64,000 nucleotides of DNA, from NCBI GenBank assembly GCA_945878405.1, contig CAMCTJ010000002.1:3099-67098 (forward strand), read 5' to 3'. Of the stretch, positions 39,449 through 48,430 are shown piece after piece. A program made the translations under genes and the position numbers. This DNA comes from Bdellovibrio sp. ZAP7. Lineage in GTDB: Bacteria > Bdellovibrionota > FAC87 > UBA2466. Position 1 is the first letter of the stretch. Each line of letters starts with the position of its first letter. Under the pieces are notes generated by a model. The model saw only the letters and a program-made list of their open reading frames with translations. It searched no databases and was not told the DNA's origin.

Positions 39449-39745
39449 ATGAAGAAAATATTCTGGGTAATTACCTTGTTATCTGTAGGGGTTTTATTTT
39501 CCAAACAGGCATCCGCGGACAGTAAATGCACCGATTATCAACAATCCATGTGTATTCAAATGGTCGCACCAGTTTGGTGTGTTTCTTTGTCAGTGGGAGG
39601 AGAGACTTTAAAAAAGCCTCTTTATGCTAAGGCCTCGAATTCCTGCATTGCGATTAATCAGCTTCGTAAAAAAGCCTGCGATAAAGGTCTTGAGTGGAAA
39701 GATCTTGCCGATGAAGAAGTTCACTGCGTGATGGTGAAACACTAA
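39449..39745 (+). CDS. small secreted cysteine-rich protein (6 Cys in the mature part)
   Basis: Signal peptide MKKIFWVITLLSVGVLFSKQASA. GGAGA precedes the ATG. No confident family assignment. Confidence 0.55.
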   Translation: MKKIFWVITLLSVGVLFSKQASADSKCTDYQQSMCIQMVAPVWCVSLSVGGETLKKPLYAKASNSCIAINQLRKKACDKGLEWKDLADEEVHCVMVKH

Positions 39746-39761
39746 ATATCAGTCGAATCAC

Positions 39762-39799
39762 CCGCATCGAGAGTTCCTTTTCAAGGAGCTCTCGTGCGG
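39762..39799 (+). terminator. long imperfect hairpin downstream of the small Cys-rich gene (possible terminator)
   Basis: CCGCA(T)CGAGAGTTCCTT ... AAGGAGCTCTCGTGCGG forms a stem of about 17 bp with one bulge and one G-U pair. The following T tract (AATCTTT) is weak. Confidence 0.4.
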
Positions 39800-39913
39800 A
39801 ATCTTTAAGAGGGAACCTAAGTCTCTGATTTCTGCGTGATGCGACTTCTTTAGTTCGTCATCTGTTCGTTCGTGTATTCTGAGAGACTATCGCCCAACCC
39901 TTCGAATTTCCTG

Positions 39914-39994
39914 ACCCAAGCCCATGGGGGAAAAATTGAAGTAAAGAGCAAAGAAGGCGAAGGCTCCGAATTCATCGTTTATCTGCCGCTCTAG
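39914..39994 (+). pseudogene. relic of the C-terminal end of a histidine-kinase HATPase_c domain
   Basis: My own translation gives ...TQAHGGKIEVKSKEGEGSEFIVYLPL*, the canonical last strand of HATPase_c. The frame is closed by TAG at 39851, and no H-box or N/G1/G2 boxes lie upstream. Confidence 0.55.
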
Positions 39995-40056
39995 AACTCC
40001 AAAGTTAAGTCGTACCTTTTGGAACGCCAAAGCGTCATGGTCGGTCTTATACGGTT

Positions 40057-40953
40057 TTAAAGATGAATCCTTTTCACAAAGCTTACGAGACCGGGCAAAG
40101 CCTGCTGAATCTTTCGTTTAAGAAGCCCCAATTTAATCAACTTGGGGGCTCTATAACTCTCGATAATTTTGGGGTGAAGACAGTTCATGAATTCTATGTT
40201 CTGCAAAGGAAAAACCTGTTTTTTTAGCAGGGCTTGATACGATTCGCTGCCTTTGCGAACATAGAGGAAGACATTTTGCTGATAATAGTAGGGCACTTCA
40301 GGATCTCCCCAGATTTGCGATCGAAAAATATCGAAGGGAACGTATCCATCTGCCACAAACATTTTGGCCCAATAGGAATGAGGCTGCTCATTAATATGGC
40401 CAACCCCACCCTGACCCGTGTATGCCGCACTAAACAAAACGACGTCTGCCAACTTGATGAGCGATTGAACCAGGATCCGCGCTGAAGCTGGTTTAAGATG
40501 CTCCCCTAGTTCAGTAGATATTGCCAGATCAAAACGCCGATTAAAAAAAAGGGGAAAGTTTAAATCTGTTTGGTGAAATCTAATGGAGCTATCCAACATC
40601 TGTTTTTGTGACAGCCACTGTCCATCAAACCCAACGAGATCACGAGCCCCAGCCTCTCTAAAGGCCTTCAGCCAAGCTCCTCTTCCGCAGCCTAGATCTA
40701 CAACACTCTTGGGCTTAAAAATATGCCTAAGTAAGCGGACGTATTTTGTTGCACCAGCATAGGATCTTGCCGTCTGACGGTCGAAATAATGCTGATCATA
40801 AACCGATGCTATTCCCTCAGGGAGTGTAATCCTAGCGTCCACGTATCCAACAAAAAATAAAGTCCCAAAAGCTAGGAAGGGGGGTAGCAACAGCCAAAAG
40901 CTAAGCTTGCAAATGTTTGACCGAGGCATCACCTTGAGAATTAGACTTCGCAT
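40057..40953 (-). CDS. membrane-anchored class I SAM-dependent methyltransferase
   Basis: N-terminal TM helix (LSFWLLLPPFLAFGTLFFVGYV). SAM motif I VVDLGCGRGAWL. Post-I acidic residue LVGFD. The ATG at 40953 is preferred; the ORF track begins at a TTG at 40968. Confidence 0.75.
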   Translation of the reverse strand: MRSLILKVMPRSNICKLSFWLLLPPFLAFGTLFFVGYVDARITLPEGIASVYDQHYFDRQTARSYAGATKYVRLLRHIFKPKSVVDLGCGRGAWLKAFREAGARDLVGFDGQWLSQKQMLDSSIRFHQTDLNFPLFFNRRFDLAISTELGEHLKPASARILVQSLIKLADVVLFSAAYTGQGGVGHINEQPHSYWAKMFVADGYVPFDIFRSQIWGDPEVPYYYQQNVFLYVRKGSESYQALLKKQVFPLQNIEFMNCLHPKIIESYRAPKLIKLGLLKRKIQQALPGLVSFVKRIHL

Positions 40954-41073
40954 AGGCTTGCCCGGCAAGCCTCAGGGCGTTGGCGCGCTCCGCCAAATGT
41001 CGGAGAATGAAGGGCGAGTGTTAAATTCTTGTACCCTGTTTACCTTTTGGTTCTGATTGGAGAGCGGGGATTT

Positions 41074-41102
41074 TTCTTGCTGCAGATATCTTGTAGTATA
41101 AT
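41074..41102 (+). promoter_or_regulatory. candidate sigma-70 promoter for the ABC exporter gene
   Basis: TTCTTG, a 17-nt spacer, then TATAAT. The -10 element ends about 30 nt upstream of the ATG at 41133. Confidence 0.4.
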
Positions 41103-41132
41103 TCCCAGACAGATTGTCTTAATTGTTAACCG

Positions 41133-42920
41133 ATGAGAAAAAACCCATCATCCAATATTTCAGTTGTTCTTAGTATTGTTCGAAAATTTAAAAAAGAATG
41201 TTTCTTCTTGATTTTATTTGTCACCGTTGATGTTGCTCTTGAAACCCTCAGTGTGGGTTCGGTGATTCCCATGTTGACAATCACGTTAAACAATTCAGTG
41301 GTCAGAGACAACCCAAAGAAATGGCTTTCATTCATCAGTTCCCATTTAAGTGAGTCACAACAAATAATTGTGATAAGTCTAGGGATACTCATTCTTTTTC
41401 TCATCCGAACTGCAAACAATTTAGCAACCAAATTCTATTCGTCATGGTTCACTAACCATCTCCGTGAATATTGGAGCACACAAATGTTTCAGAACCTTTC
41501 AGTTAATAATTCGGCACTCTTAAAAAACACTAAAAAAGGAGTCTTGAATAATTCTATTAATCAAGAGCCACTTTTTGCAGCTAAAGGAGTGAGCCTCCTA
41601 ATAGACGTCATCGTTTCTCTGCTTTTAATGATTTCGTTGACAGTCTTACTCTTATTAATCAATTGGAAGGCTACTCTTACCTGTGTGGGACTTTTACTTT
41701 TGTTTGTTGGTTTTGTCTGGAACACTATGATGCGTTTTTCGTGCGAGTTTGGAAAAAACAGAGTCAAATTAAATGAGGAAATCAATCAGTTGTTGTGCGA
41801 TTCTTCAGATGGCTGGCGCCAAATAAAAGTGTTGTCACTCGAGAGGGAGTTGTTTTCTGAGTTTCGGTTCAAGCTACGAAAACTGGTAACTGGGCTTGTA
41901 AAGTTCGAACTGATTAACAGTATTCCGAAGGAAGTAGGCGAGCTTTCGATTGTTTTCTCACTGGTTACCGGATTGTTTTTTGCCAAGTTTTATCGACATG
42001 TCGAGCTGTCACTTTTTTTACCTCAGATTGTATTTTTTTCTGTTTCGTTCATGAAACTGTTTTCGGCAGCGACCTCAGTTCTAAAAAAGGGGATGGAGAT
42101 GGCTACCTGTCTGCCGTCTATCCTTAAAGTTCATTCTCTTTCAGGGGCTTCAATTTCCGGTGAGGTTTTGTCCTCGAATCCCCCAACTATCTTTCAGAGA
42201 AACCTCGCGGTCAAAAACCTAAGTTTTCATGTTGCTAAAAATCATTTGGTTCTAAATGATTTATCATTTCAAATACAGAAAGGTGAATTCATTGCGCTCA
42301 TTGGGAAGGTGGGGGTTGGCAAATCAACTTTGTGCGACCTGTTAGCAGGTTTATATGAACCTTCTTCAGGAGCAATATTTCTGGACGGGGTTTCGCTTAA
42401 ACAGCTGGATTTAGTTCAATGGAAAAAAAAGATCTCCTATGTAACACAAGAAGTCTTTCTCTTTAATGACACCATCATAAACAATATTCTTTTGGGCAAT
42501 AAGTCCGCTCGCAGAGAAGACGCAATTAAGGCGGCTGAAATTGCACAGGCCAAAGAATTGGTTGAGGCCTTACCCCAGAGTTTCGATACTGTTCTGGGAC
42601 CTGGAGGAATCACTCTTTCGGGGGGGCAGAAACAAAAAATAGCTTTAGCTCAAGCTCTCGTTAGAGAGCCAGACTTTCTAATACTAGATGAGGCCACAAA
42701 TGCTTTAGATTATGAGTCCGAGGAAAAACTTTTCACTTCGTTGCGTAACAACAACAGAAAACAGACCATACTTTTGGTAACACACAGAACTCACGTTTTA
42801 AAGCATGTTGACAGGACATTACAGCTGCAAACGAGCTCAATGAGAGAATATCATTCCTCCATGGAGTATGACTGTTTTCAAAGGCCAGAACTTCAATGTT
42901 TACCCACCCCTAGAAAATGA
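41133..42920 (+). CDS. fused TMD-NBD ABC exporter (MsbA/type I exporter-like)
   Basis: About 6 N-terminal TM helices. Walker A GKVGVGKST, signature LSGGQKQK, Walker B FLILDEAT, H-loop VTHR. Confidence 0.9.
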   Translation: MRKNPSSNISVVLSIVRKFKKECFFLILFVTVDVALETLSVGSVIPMLTITLNNSVVRDNPKKWLSFISSHLSESQQIIVISLGILILFLIRTANNLATKFYSSWFTNHLREYWSTQMFQNLSVNNSALLKNTKKGVLNNSINQEPLFAAKGVSLLIDVIVSLLLMISLTVLLLLINWKATLTCVGLLLLFVGFVWNTMMRFSCEFGKNRVKLNEEINQLLCDSSDGWRQIKVLSLERELFSEFRFKLRKLVTGLVKFELINSIPKEVGELSIVFSLVTGLFFAKFYRHVELSLFLPQIVFFSVSFMKLFSAATSVLKKGMEMATCLPSILKVHSLSGASISGEVLSSNPPTIFQRNLAVKNLSFHVAKNHLVLNDLSFQIQKGEFIALIGKVGVGKSTLCDLLAGLYEPSSGAIFLDGVSLKQLDLVQWKKKISYVTQEVFLFNDTIINNILLGNKSARREDAIKAAEIAQAKELVEALPQSFDTVLGPGGITLSGGQKQKIALAQALVREPDFLILDEATNALDYESEEKLFTSLRNNNRKQTILLVTHRTHVLKHVDRTLQLQTSSMREYHSSMEYDCFQRPELQCLPTPRK

Positions 42921-44678
42921 GGGAAGAAAAACACATTCATTGTAATTTTCATTTGGCTCATCGGTAATATACTGAACTCGCTTACCTGATTTTATTGCCA
43001 TCCAGGCCAACGGGTAATCATACTGATTTCGTCGTGATTTTATATATACAATTTTACATTCTCCTATCAGCCTCTTTAAGTTTTCAAAATCAAACTTTAT
43101 AAGTGACCTTCTTAGATAGTAGGCTTTAAATCTCTTCGGCTCATCCGTAGGAATCGTAAGATCGCTCTGAAACAGACGTTGTCCCGTGACACTACCTTGG
43201 ATGTAAAAGGTCATCGCTAGACTTGTAAATACAACGGCACATCCGATTCGCTTTACCAAGGTTCTTTGAAATAAAATGAGACTTTGACTTATGGTGGCTC
43301 CCCATACAATCGAGGTTGCTACAAACCAGGGTGTTTGCAATCGAGAGGTCCATGTTTGGTTTTTGACAATTGCGTGAAATAAAAGCCAGGAGCTCAGGAG
43401 TGAAAGCCCGATAATGTACAGGCGTTTGTCGCGCAATCTAACTATTAAAGGTCCTAAAAAAATAATCGTGACAAAAAGCTGCAAGGGATTTCCTACATAG
43501 TCTTCAGTTGATCTTATAGAAAAGACTAAATCCAATCTTGTCAGAATATTCAAATCTACTTCAAAGATTTTCCCAACAAAAGAGACAACGGGTAAACTGA
43601 CCGCTGCTGGGAGATGGTCGACAATGTGTCGAATTGAGTTAAACAATTGTTCCATGGGACTACTAAGCCGTAGGGTCACTAGGTTTTCTGCATTAATATG
43701 ACCGTATTTAAGCCACTTGTGTGTGATTTCAGAAATCGTAGCCAAAACGCCAAAGAAAACACTCCCTAGAGAAGAAATAAACGAGCGAAAATCCCGAACT
43801 ATCGTTAAAAAGTAAGCTGGGGCTATGGCTAATAGGAAAGGCGTGCAAATCAGAATTGACGTGGGCTTAATTAAATAGCCAGTACCCATGGCGATGGGAA
43901 CGGCACAAACTAGATAACGAGTGCAGTTTGCCCTGTAAGGAAAAATATTTCTTAAAAAGTGGTCCACCACAGCTACCACAATCACTACCGTAGGAACTGA
44001 GGCTACAAGATCATTTTGAGTTGTTTGAGCTTGTAAGACCACCATAGGGGCCGCCAAGAAAACCGAAATGATCGCAAGGCTGTTTAATCTAGAAACTCCC
44101 CAATTTATGAACCATCCCCACAACCCAAACCCGATGATTAAAAATGCATTCAGCTGAATGGAGTTTGCCCATCGATCGGACTCCCAAAAGAGTTGCTCGA
44201 TTAAAATGAGGTACTCAGCTCCGGGAGTCATTTGATTTTGTCGTTGATCATTCGTGACGTATGGAAAGACGGACCGATTTTGAAACCAATTTGCTACCCT
44301 CGACATGTGGTAGGCCATACTGTCCCAATTACTGGGCGGGAAACACAGAGCATTAAAAGCTACGACCGACATGACTATGCCTAATAAGGCTATGATTTTT
44401 TTTTCAATAGATGAGCAAGCGGGCGAGTTTTGCCAGGGATTAGTAAACGCAATGGAGTGACCATTGCGGATGTAAATTGCACCCCACAAAATCAGGCATA
44501 ACACCAGGACTCGAATAATCAAAGGAGTCACTAGATCAAATGAACTGAAAAAGGCCAGCAAAACAGAAAAGAAACTCGTAACAACACAAAAAGCTAATGG
44601 CAAACTTTTCAGGAAGGTTATCCTCAGCCATTTATCGATAGGCAAGCTTGCAACAAAAATGAGAGTTAATATAATCAA
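42900..44678 (-). CDS. large polytopic membrane protein, GT-C-like (ArnT/PMT_2-like) putative glycosyltransferase
   Basis: 592 aa with at least 11 hydrophobic helices. An acidic/aromatic loop after the first helices (PPSNWDSMAYHMSRVANW) is reminiscent of GT-C enzymes. The apparent start is TTG. Confidence 0.5.
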   Translation of the reverse strand: MIILTLIFVASLPIDKWLRITFLKSLPLAFCVVTSFFSVLLAFFSSFDLVTPLIIRVLVLCLILWGAIYIRNGHSIAFTNPWQNSPACSSIEKKIIALLGIVMSVVAFNALCFPPSNWDSMAYHMSRVANWFQNRSVFPYVTNDQRQNQMTPGAEYLILIEQLFWESDRWANSIQLNAFLIIGFGLWGWFINWGVSRLNSLAIISVFLAAPMVVLQAQTTQNDLVASVPTVVIVVAVVDHFLRNIFPYRANCTRYLVCAVPIAMGTGYLIKPTSILICTPFLLAIAPAYFLTIVRDFRSFISSLGSVFFGVLATISEITHKWLKYGHINAENLVTLRLSSPMEQLFNSIRHIVDHLPAAVSLPVVSFVGKIFEVDLNILTRLDLVFSIRSTEDYVGNPLQLFVTIIFLGPLIVRLRDKRLYIIGLSLLSSWLLFHAIVKNQTWTSRLQTPWFVATSIVWGATISQSLILFQRTLVKRIGCAVVFTSLAMTFYIQGSVTGQRLFQSDLTIPTDEPKRFKAYYLRRSLIKFDFENLKRLIGECKIVYIKSRRNQYDYPLAWMAIKSGKRVQYITDEPNENYNECVFLPSFSRGG

Positions 44679-44723
44679 GCTGTCACTTTCATCAATGGAG
44701 CTAGATTACCGGTAAAAAAGAGA

Positions 44724-46007
44724 ATGCTAAATAGTAAACCTGAAGAGAACCCATTTTCTGTGCCCGTGCCTTTACGAGTAGGCGTTTTCTACGTTTGTCG
44801 TCTGGAGCCCATGAAGACTCTGGCCCAGATGATGTATCGTTTCGCAGCTCGCGCTATAGGAAACTCACTGACTAGGTTCTCCAGCACTAGAGCGGTTTAT
44901 TTGATGGGGGGCTCAGCTCATCGGATTATCCCCGCATTGTCCGACCTCGACTTCCTGCTATTTACTGAAATTAATCCCGATGTAATTTTAAAGCTTCGGC
45001 GTGTGTTTTTATTACATAAAAAACGGTATTGGATTCCAGGAGAAATCATTCCCTTAGATGAAAAAGCTCTCAAATTTTTGGAGACATCGGGCTGCTCTCT
45101 TTCAATTCATATTTTTGGCAGAACTAAAAAGATTGCAGGCGATACGATTAATATTACCCCTACAATTCCTCCAGATCCCGCAAGTCTTTTTATGCTTTTG
45201 ATACGTTTTTTTGTGAAAGCGACAAGTTCACTTAGTGGTGGTCTGAGAAATGCTTCTTTGTATAATATTTTTGACTGCCAAAGACATTTATCAAAGATAA
45301 TCGCATTAAACTCAGGAACAAAAGTAACAAGCTATCTTTCCGAAAAAGACCCCACATCATTAGTTCAGCTGTTTTGTGAAGCCTATTTGTTGTTAGACAA
45401 ACGCGCAAAAAATCTTATTAGGGAAATATTTCCCAACGGCGTTCCGTTTGAGATTGCCTCGTATTTGGGTGACCCCACAAACATGCCAGAGCAGCGAATA
45501 TTCAGAGTTGAATCCACAAAAGATGTCATCTCCGATTTGTTTCAGCAAACCTTGAACACGCAAGCCCGCACAACTTCTTTCCCACTTTGCCTTTCAGAAA
45601 GCACGGCAATCTGTCGATTAATTGGCCTAACACTAGAATCGTGGTCACAGGTTTTGAGTCGCCTTTCCTCTTTACCCGCAGAGATTACAATTCCTATTCT
45701 AACTGTTGTTGCTCGGGAACGAGCCATGAGACGTTATTTTCAACTCCCGGGTGATATTATGCTGAACTCTCAAGAAGCTATTAGAAGTAAACTGAACCAG
45801 TTTTGCAGATTGGGATGCTATCTCGCTACCCAGGGATATTTTTTAGAAAGAGAGTCGCTTGCCGAATGTGCGGAACCGATTTTGCCCAACACCACAAGAA
45901 CTCTGAGAAGGACCCATCAAGGCTCGTCACAGCTATCAATCCAAGACATGGTGGAAAATACTATTCTGGTTCGAAATGAACTAGAGAAATTTATTTTTAA
46001 TCTTTAA
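44724..46007 (+). CDS. Pol-beta-superfamily nucleotidyltransferase-fold protein with a long C-terminal helical region
   Basis: YLMGGSAHRIIPALSDLDFLLF fits the minimal NTase signature hG[GS]-x(9-13)-Dh[DE]h. The remaining 330 aa or so are unassigned. Confidence 0.55.
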   Translation: MLNSKPEENPFSVPVPLRVGVFYVCRLEPMKTLAQMMYRFAARAIGNSLTRFSSTRAVYLMGGSAHRIIPALSDLDFLLFTEINPDVILKLRRVFLLHKKRYWIPGEIIPLDEKALKFLETSGCSLSIHIFGRTKKIAGDTINITPTIPPDPASLFMLLIRFFVKATSSLSGGLRNASLYNIFDCQRHLSKIIALNSGTKVTSYLSEKDPTSLVQLFCEAYLLLDKRAKNLIREIFPNGVPFEIASYLGDPTNMPEQRIFRVESTKDVISDLFQQTLNTQARTTSFPLCLSESTAICRLIGLTLESWSQVLSRLSSLPAEITIPILTVVARERAMRRYFQLPGDIMLNSQEAIRSKLNQFCRLGCYLATQGYFLERESLAECAEPILPNTTRTLRRTHQGSSQLSIQDMVENTILVRNELEKFIFNL

Positions 46008-46012
46008 AAGCG

Positions 46013-46717
46013 CTACATTTTAAGTTCCGATTTTATTTTTCGAATTCTCTCAACGATACTAAGCCCAGTCGATCTTAAACACTGCCTTATAAACGGCCCA
46101 GAATAATTAAACCGCTGCCATTGATCACCATCGTAAACCCTTAGCCAAGTGTGTACATCTTCTCCACTCTCTAAAAGTTTTTTTATGATGTTCTGCAGAA
46201 TTCGCTGATCCCCCGGAGCTCCTAACTCGCCTGCTGACCAGTCTGTCCAAAGAGCTAGTTTCTCTTTATTCCAAATTTGTTCAAAATCATCTTTCCAAGT
46301 CGTTAATACGGTCTTTGCTTTGGGGTGCTTTAGATTTATAAAAAAAGCCCCATTATTAAAGTCATATATTCTTCCGTCGAGTTTTCCCCTACAAAAAATA
46401 AAAGCTTTATCCATGTTCTCAAAAATAATCTCTTCAAGGCGAGGTCTGAAATTGTAAATATAACAATCCACATCTAGATAGAGTGCCCAATCGTGAGTTT
46501 CACTCAGAACCTCATCTAGCAGAAGATAGATACGATTGAAGGCTGCGTGCCGAGGCGTAAACCCTCGTTTTATTCCAATGAATGAATGGTAGTCATATTT
46601 GTGTTGCAAACAATACTTTCGAATCCCAGGGCCGGTCACTTCAAGGAGGGGGAGATACAATACGGGATCACAACTCTGAATCACTGCAATTGAAAGTGGA
46701 GAATTTACTGGGTTCAT
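46013..46717 (-). CDS. GT-A-like nucleotide-diphospho-sugar transferase (GT34/DUF273-like)
   Basis: IRKYCLQHKYDYHSF ... THDWALYLDVDCYIYN contains a DxD motif in the context typical of Mnn10/Gma12-like and related transferases. There is no signal peptide. Confidence 0.5.
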   Translation of the reverse strand: MNPVNSPLSIAVIQSCDPVLYLPLLEVTGPGIRKYCLQHKYDYHSFIGIKRGFTPRHAAFNRIYLLLDEVLSETHDWALYLDVDCYIYNFRPRLEEIIFENMDKAFIFCRGKLDGRIYDFNNGAFFINLKHPKAKTVLTTWKDDFEQIWNKEKLALWTDWSAGELGAPGDQRILQNIIKKLLESGEDVHTWLRVYDGDQWQRFNYSGPFIRQCLRSTGLSIVERIRKIKSELKM

Positions 46718-46775
46718 TTTTACTGGTGCTACTTAAGCAGTTGCACAACAGATCTTACTTAATTAATGTAGGAAA

Positions 46776-47498
46776 ATGCTAACCGCGATCGTCTTAAATT
46801 GGAAGCGGCCCGAGAATCTGCCACGCATTATCGCTGCTCTGCAGCGATGCGAGATCGTAAATGAAATTATAGTTTGGAATAACAACCCAGGGATTAATCT
46901 TAAACTGAATAGGGGTGTCTGTGTTATCAACTCGAACCGAGATTTGGGACTATTCACAAGATTTGCAGCCGCTTTGTTAGCAAAAAACGATGGAATTTTT
47001 TTTCAAGATGATGATGTTGTTCTCGACGAGAACAGGATAATGCAGCTTCACAAGCAATGGGAAATTGCTCCTGAAGTTTGTCACGCAGCCTTCGGCCGAA
47101 GATGTGCTGTCGGTCCTTATAACAAAATAAATGCATGGGGAGATGTGGATGTTGTTCTCACTAAGGCAGTGGTTGTTCATAAAAAAGTGTGTCTGCAAGC
47201 GGCTCTCAACACCCAGTATTTTAAAGATCTCCCTGGAAGACCCCTTGGAAACGGAGAGGACATTCTGTTGTCTTATACTGCAATGTCCATGAGCGGAAAA
47301 TATAACCGCGCGCACAATTTATTTTTAAAAGAAGAAAGACAAGACCCAAACATTGCTATAAGTCAACGAGAGCCAACTCATATGGAACATCGGGATCGAG
47401 TTCTAAAGCGGTGTCAAAAATTATTTAGTTCTCCCAGGTTGCCTTACTCAGATGCTTTTAATTTAGACCAAATCCCAGTCAGCCAACCGAGTCCGTAA
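46776..47498 (+). CDS. GT-A glycosyltransferase, GT2/GT64-like
   Basis: LTAIVLNWKRPENLPRIIAALQRCEIVNEIIVWNNNP ... IFFQDDDVVL. The (I/V)VWNN plus DDD arrangement resembles the exostosin-type GT64 domain. Confidence 0.6.
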   Translation: MLTAIVLNWKRPENLPRIIAALQRCEIVNEIIVWNNNPGINLKLNRGVCVINSNRDLGLFTRFAAALLAKNDGIFFQDDDVVLDENRIMQLHKQWEIAPEVCHAAFGRRCAVGPYNKINAWGDVDVVLTKAVVVHKKVCLQAALNTQYFKDLPGRPLGNGEDILLSYTAMSMSGKYNRAHNLFLKEERQDPNIAISQREPTHMEHRDRVLKRCQKLFSSPRLPYSDAFNLDQIPVSQPSP

Positions 47499-48430
47499 GC
47501 AAAATGTACCATCGCTGTTAAAGGAACTGCGGAGATTATTCCGACAGCACCTAATTGCCGAATGGGTCTTGAGCAAAATGCCGCTATTAGGGACATAAAT
47601 AGGTAACTCACCACCAAAAAGAAAATCGCTTGATACTTACCCCCAATAAACAGGGCCACTAAACAAATCAGCGCTACTGGAGGCGCCAGATAGAGGGGAT
47701 GACAACTTTGCCAAGACCTCCAGGTTTGCTGAAACCGACCGAAACCGTAGGAAAAAGTCTGTTTGGCAAAGCTATGAATATTTCTTCTTCGGTGATGAAA
47801 AACATAAAGTTCGGAACATAAAATCGCCTTAAGTTTTAATCGGCCTATAAAATACAAGAAAAAAGTTTCCTGATTGCTTGATAGCTCATCCAAAAAATAT
47901 AGCTCGCTAGGGACCATGTCTCGGCGGCATGCGAGATTACAAAAAATGATATTATGTTGAGTGGCTATCTGGAGCTTTCTCTTAGGCAAGCAATATCTTT
48001 GTCTAACCATCGGAGCCGCAAAACAGCTAGTCATTACAGCCCCAAAACACTTCTCGATTAGAGCGCTGTTCGGAGGGGTCAGATTAGCACCACCGGCTAC
48101 AATAACATCGGGCTGCTCATCAAATAAGGCGAGTGTGGAATGAAAAAGATGTTGAGGAACAATGACGTCATCATCTAGAAAGTGAATTATTTTCCCGTGG
48201 CACAAATCAAAGGCCGTATTTCTTGCTTTAGACAGAGAAACGCGAGCAATTTGCACCCATCTAAACTGAGGATGCATAAAGCCTTTCAAAAAATGAACAA
48301 TGCTAGGATGATCGCCATTGATAACGATGAGAACCTCCGAGTTTGGAGGCAACGCATGAGATACGCTTTCGCAACACGCCTTTAAAAGTTCCAACCTTCC
48401 ACAGCTTACAATATGAACTGAAAGATTCAT
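47444..48430 (-). CDS. family 2 glycosyltransferase with a C-terminal multi-TM tail
   Basis: VHIVSCGRLELLKACCESV...EVLIVINGD and HFLDDDVIV (DxD). The last 110 aa or so are hydrophobic. ATGA overlap with the upstream kinase-like gene. Confidence 0.8.
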   Translation of the reverse strand: MNLSVHIVSCGRLELLKACCESVSHALPPNSEVLIVINGDHPSIVHFLKGFMHPQFRWVQIARVSLSKARNTAFDLCHGKIIHFLDDDVIVPQHLFHSTLALFDEQPDVIVAGGANLTPPNSALIEKCFGAVMTSCFAAPMVRQRYCLPKRKLQIATQHNIIFCNLACRRDMVPSELYFLDELSSNQETFFLYFIGRLKLKAILCSELYVFHHRRRNIHSFAKQTFSYGFGRFQQTWRSWQSCHPLYLAPPVALICLVALFIGGKYQAIFFLVVSYLFMSLIAAFCSRPIRQLGAVGIISAVPLTAMVHFAYGLGWLTGIWSKLKASE

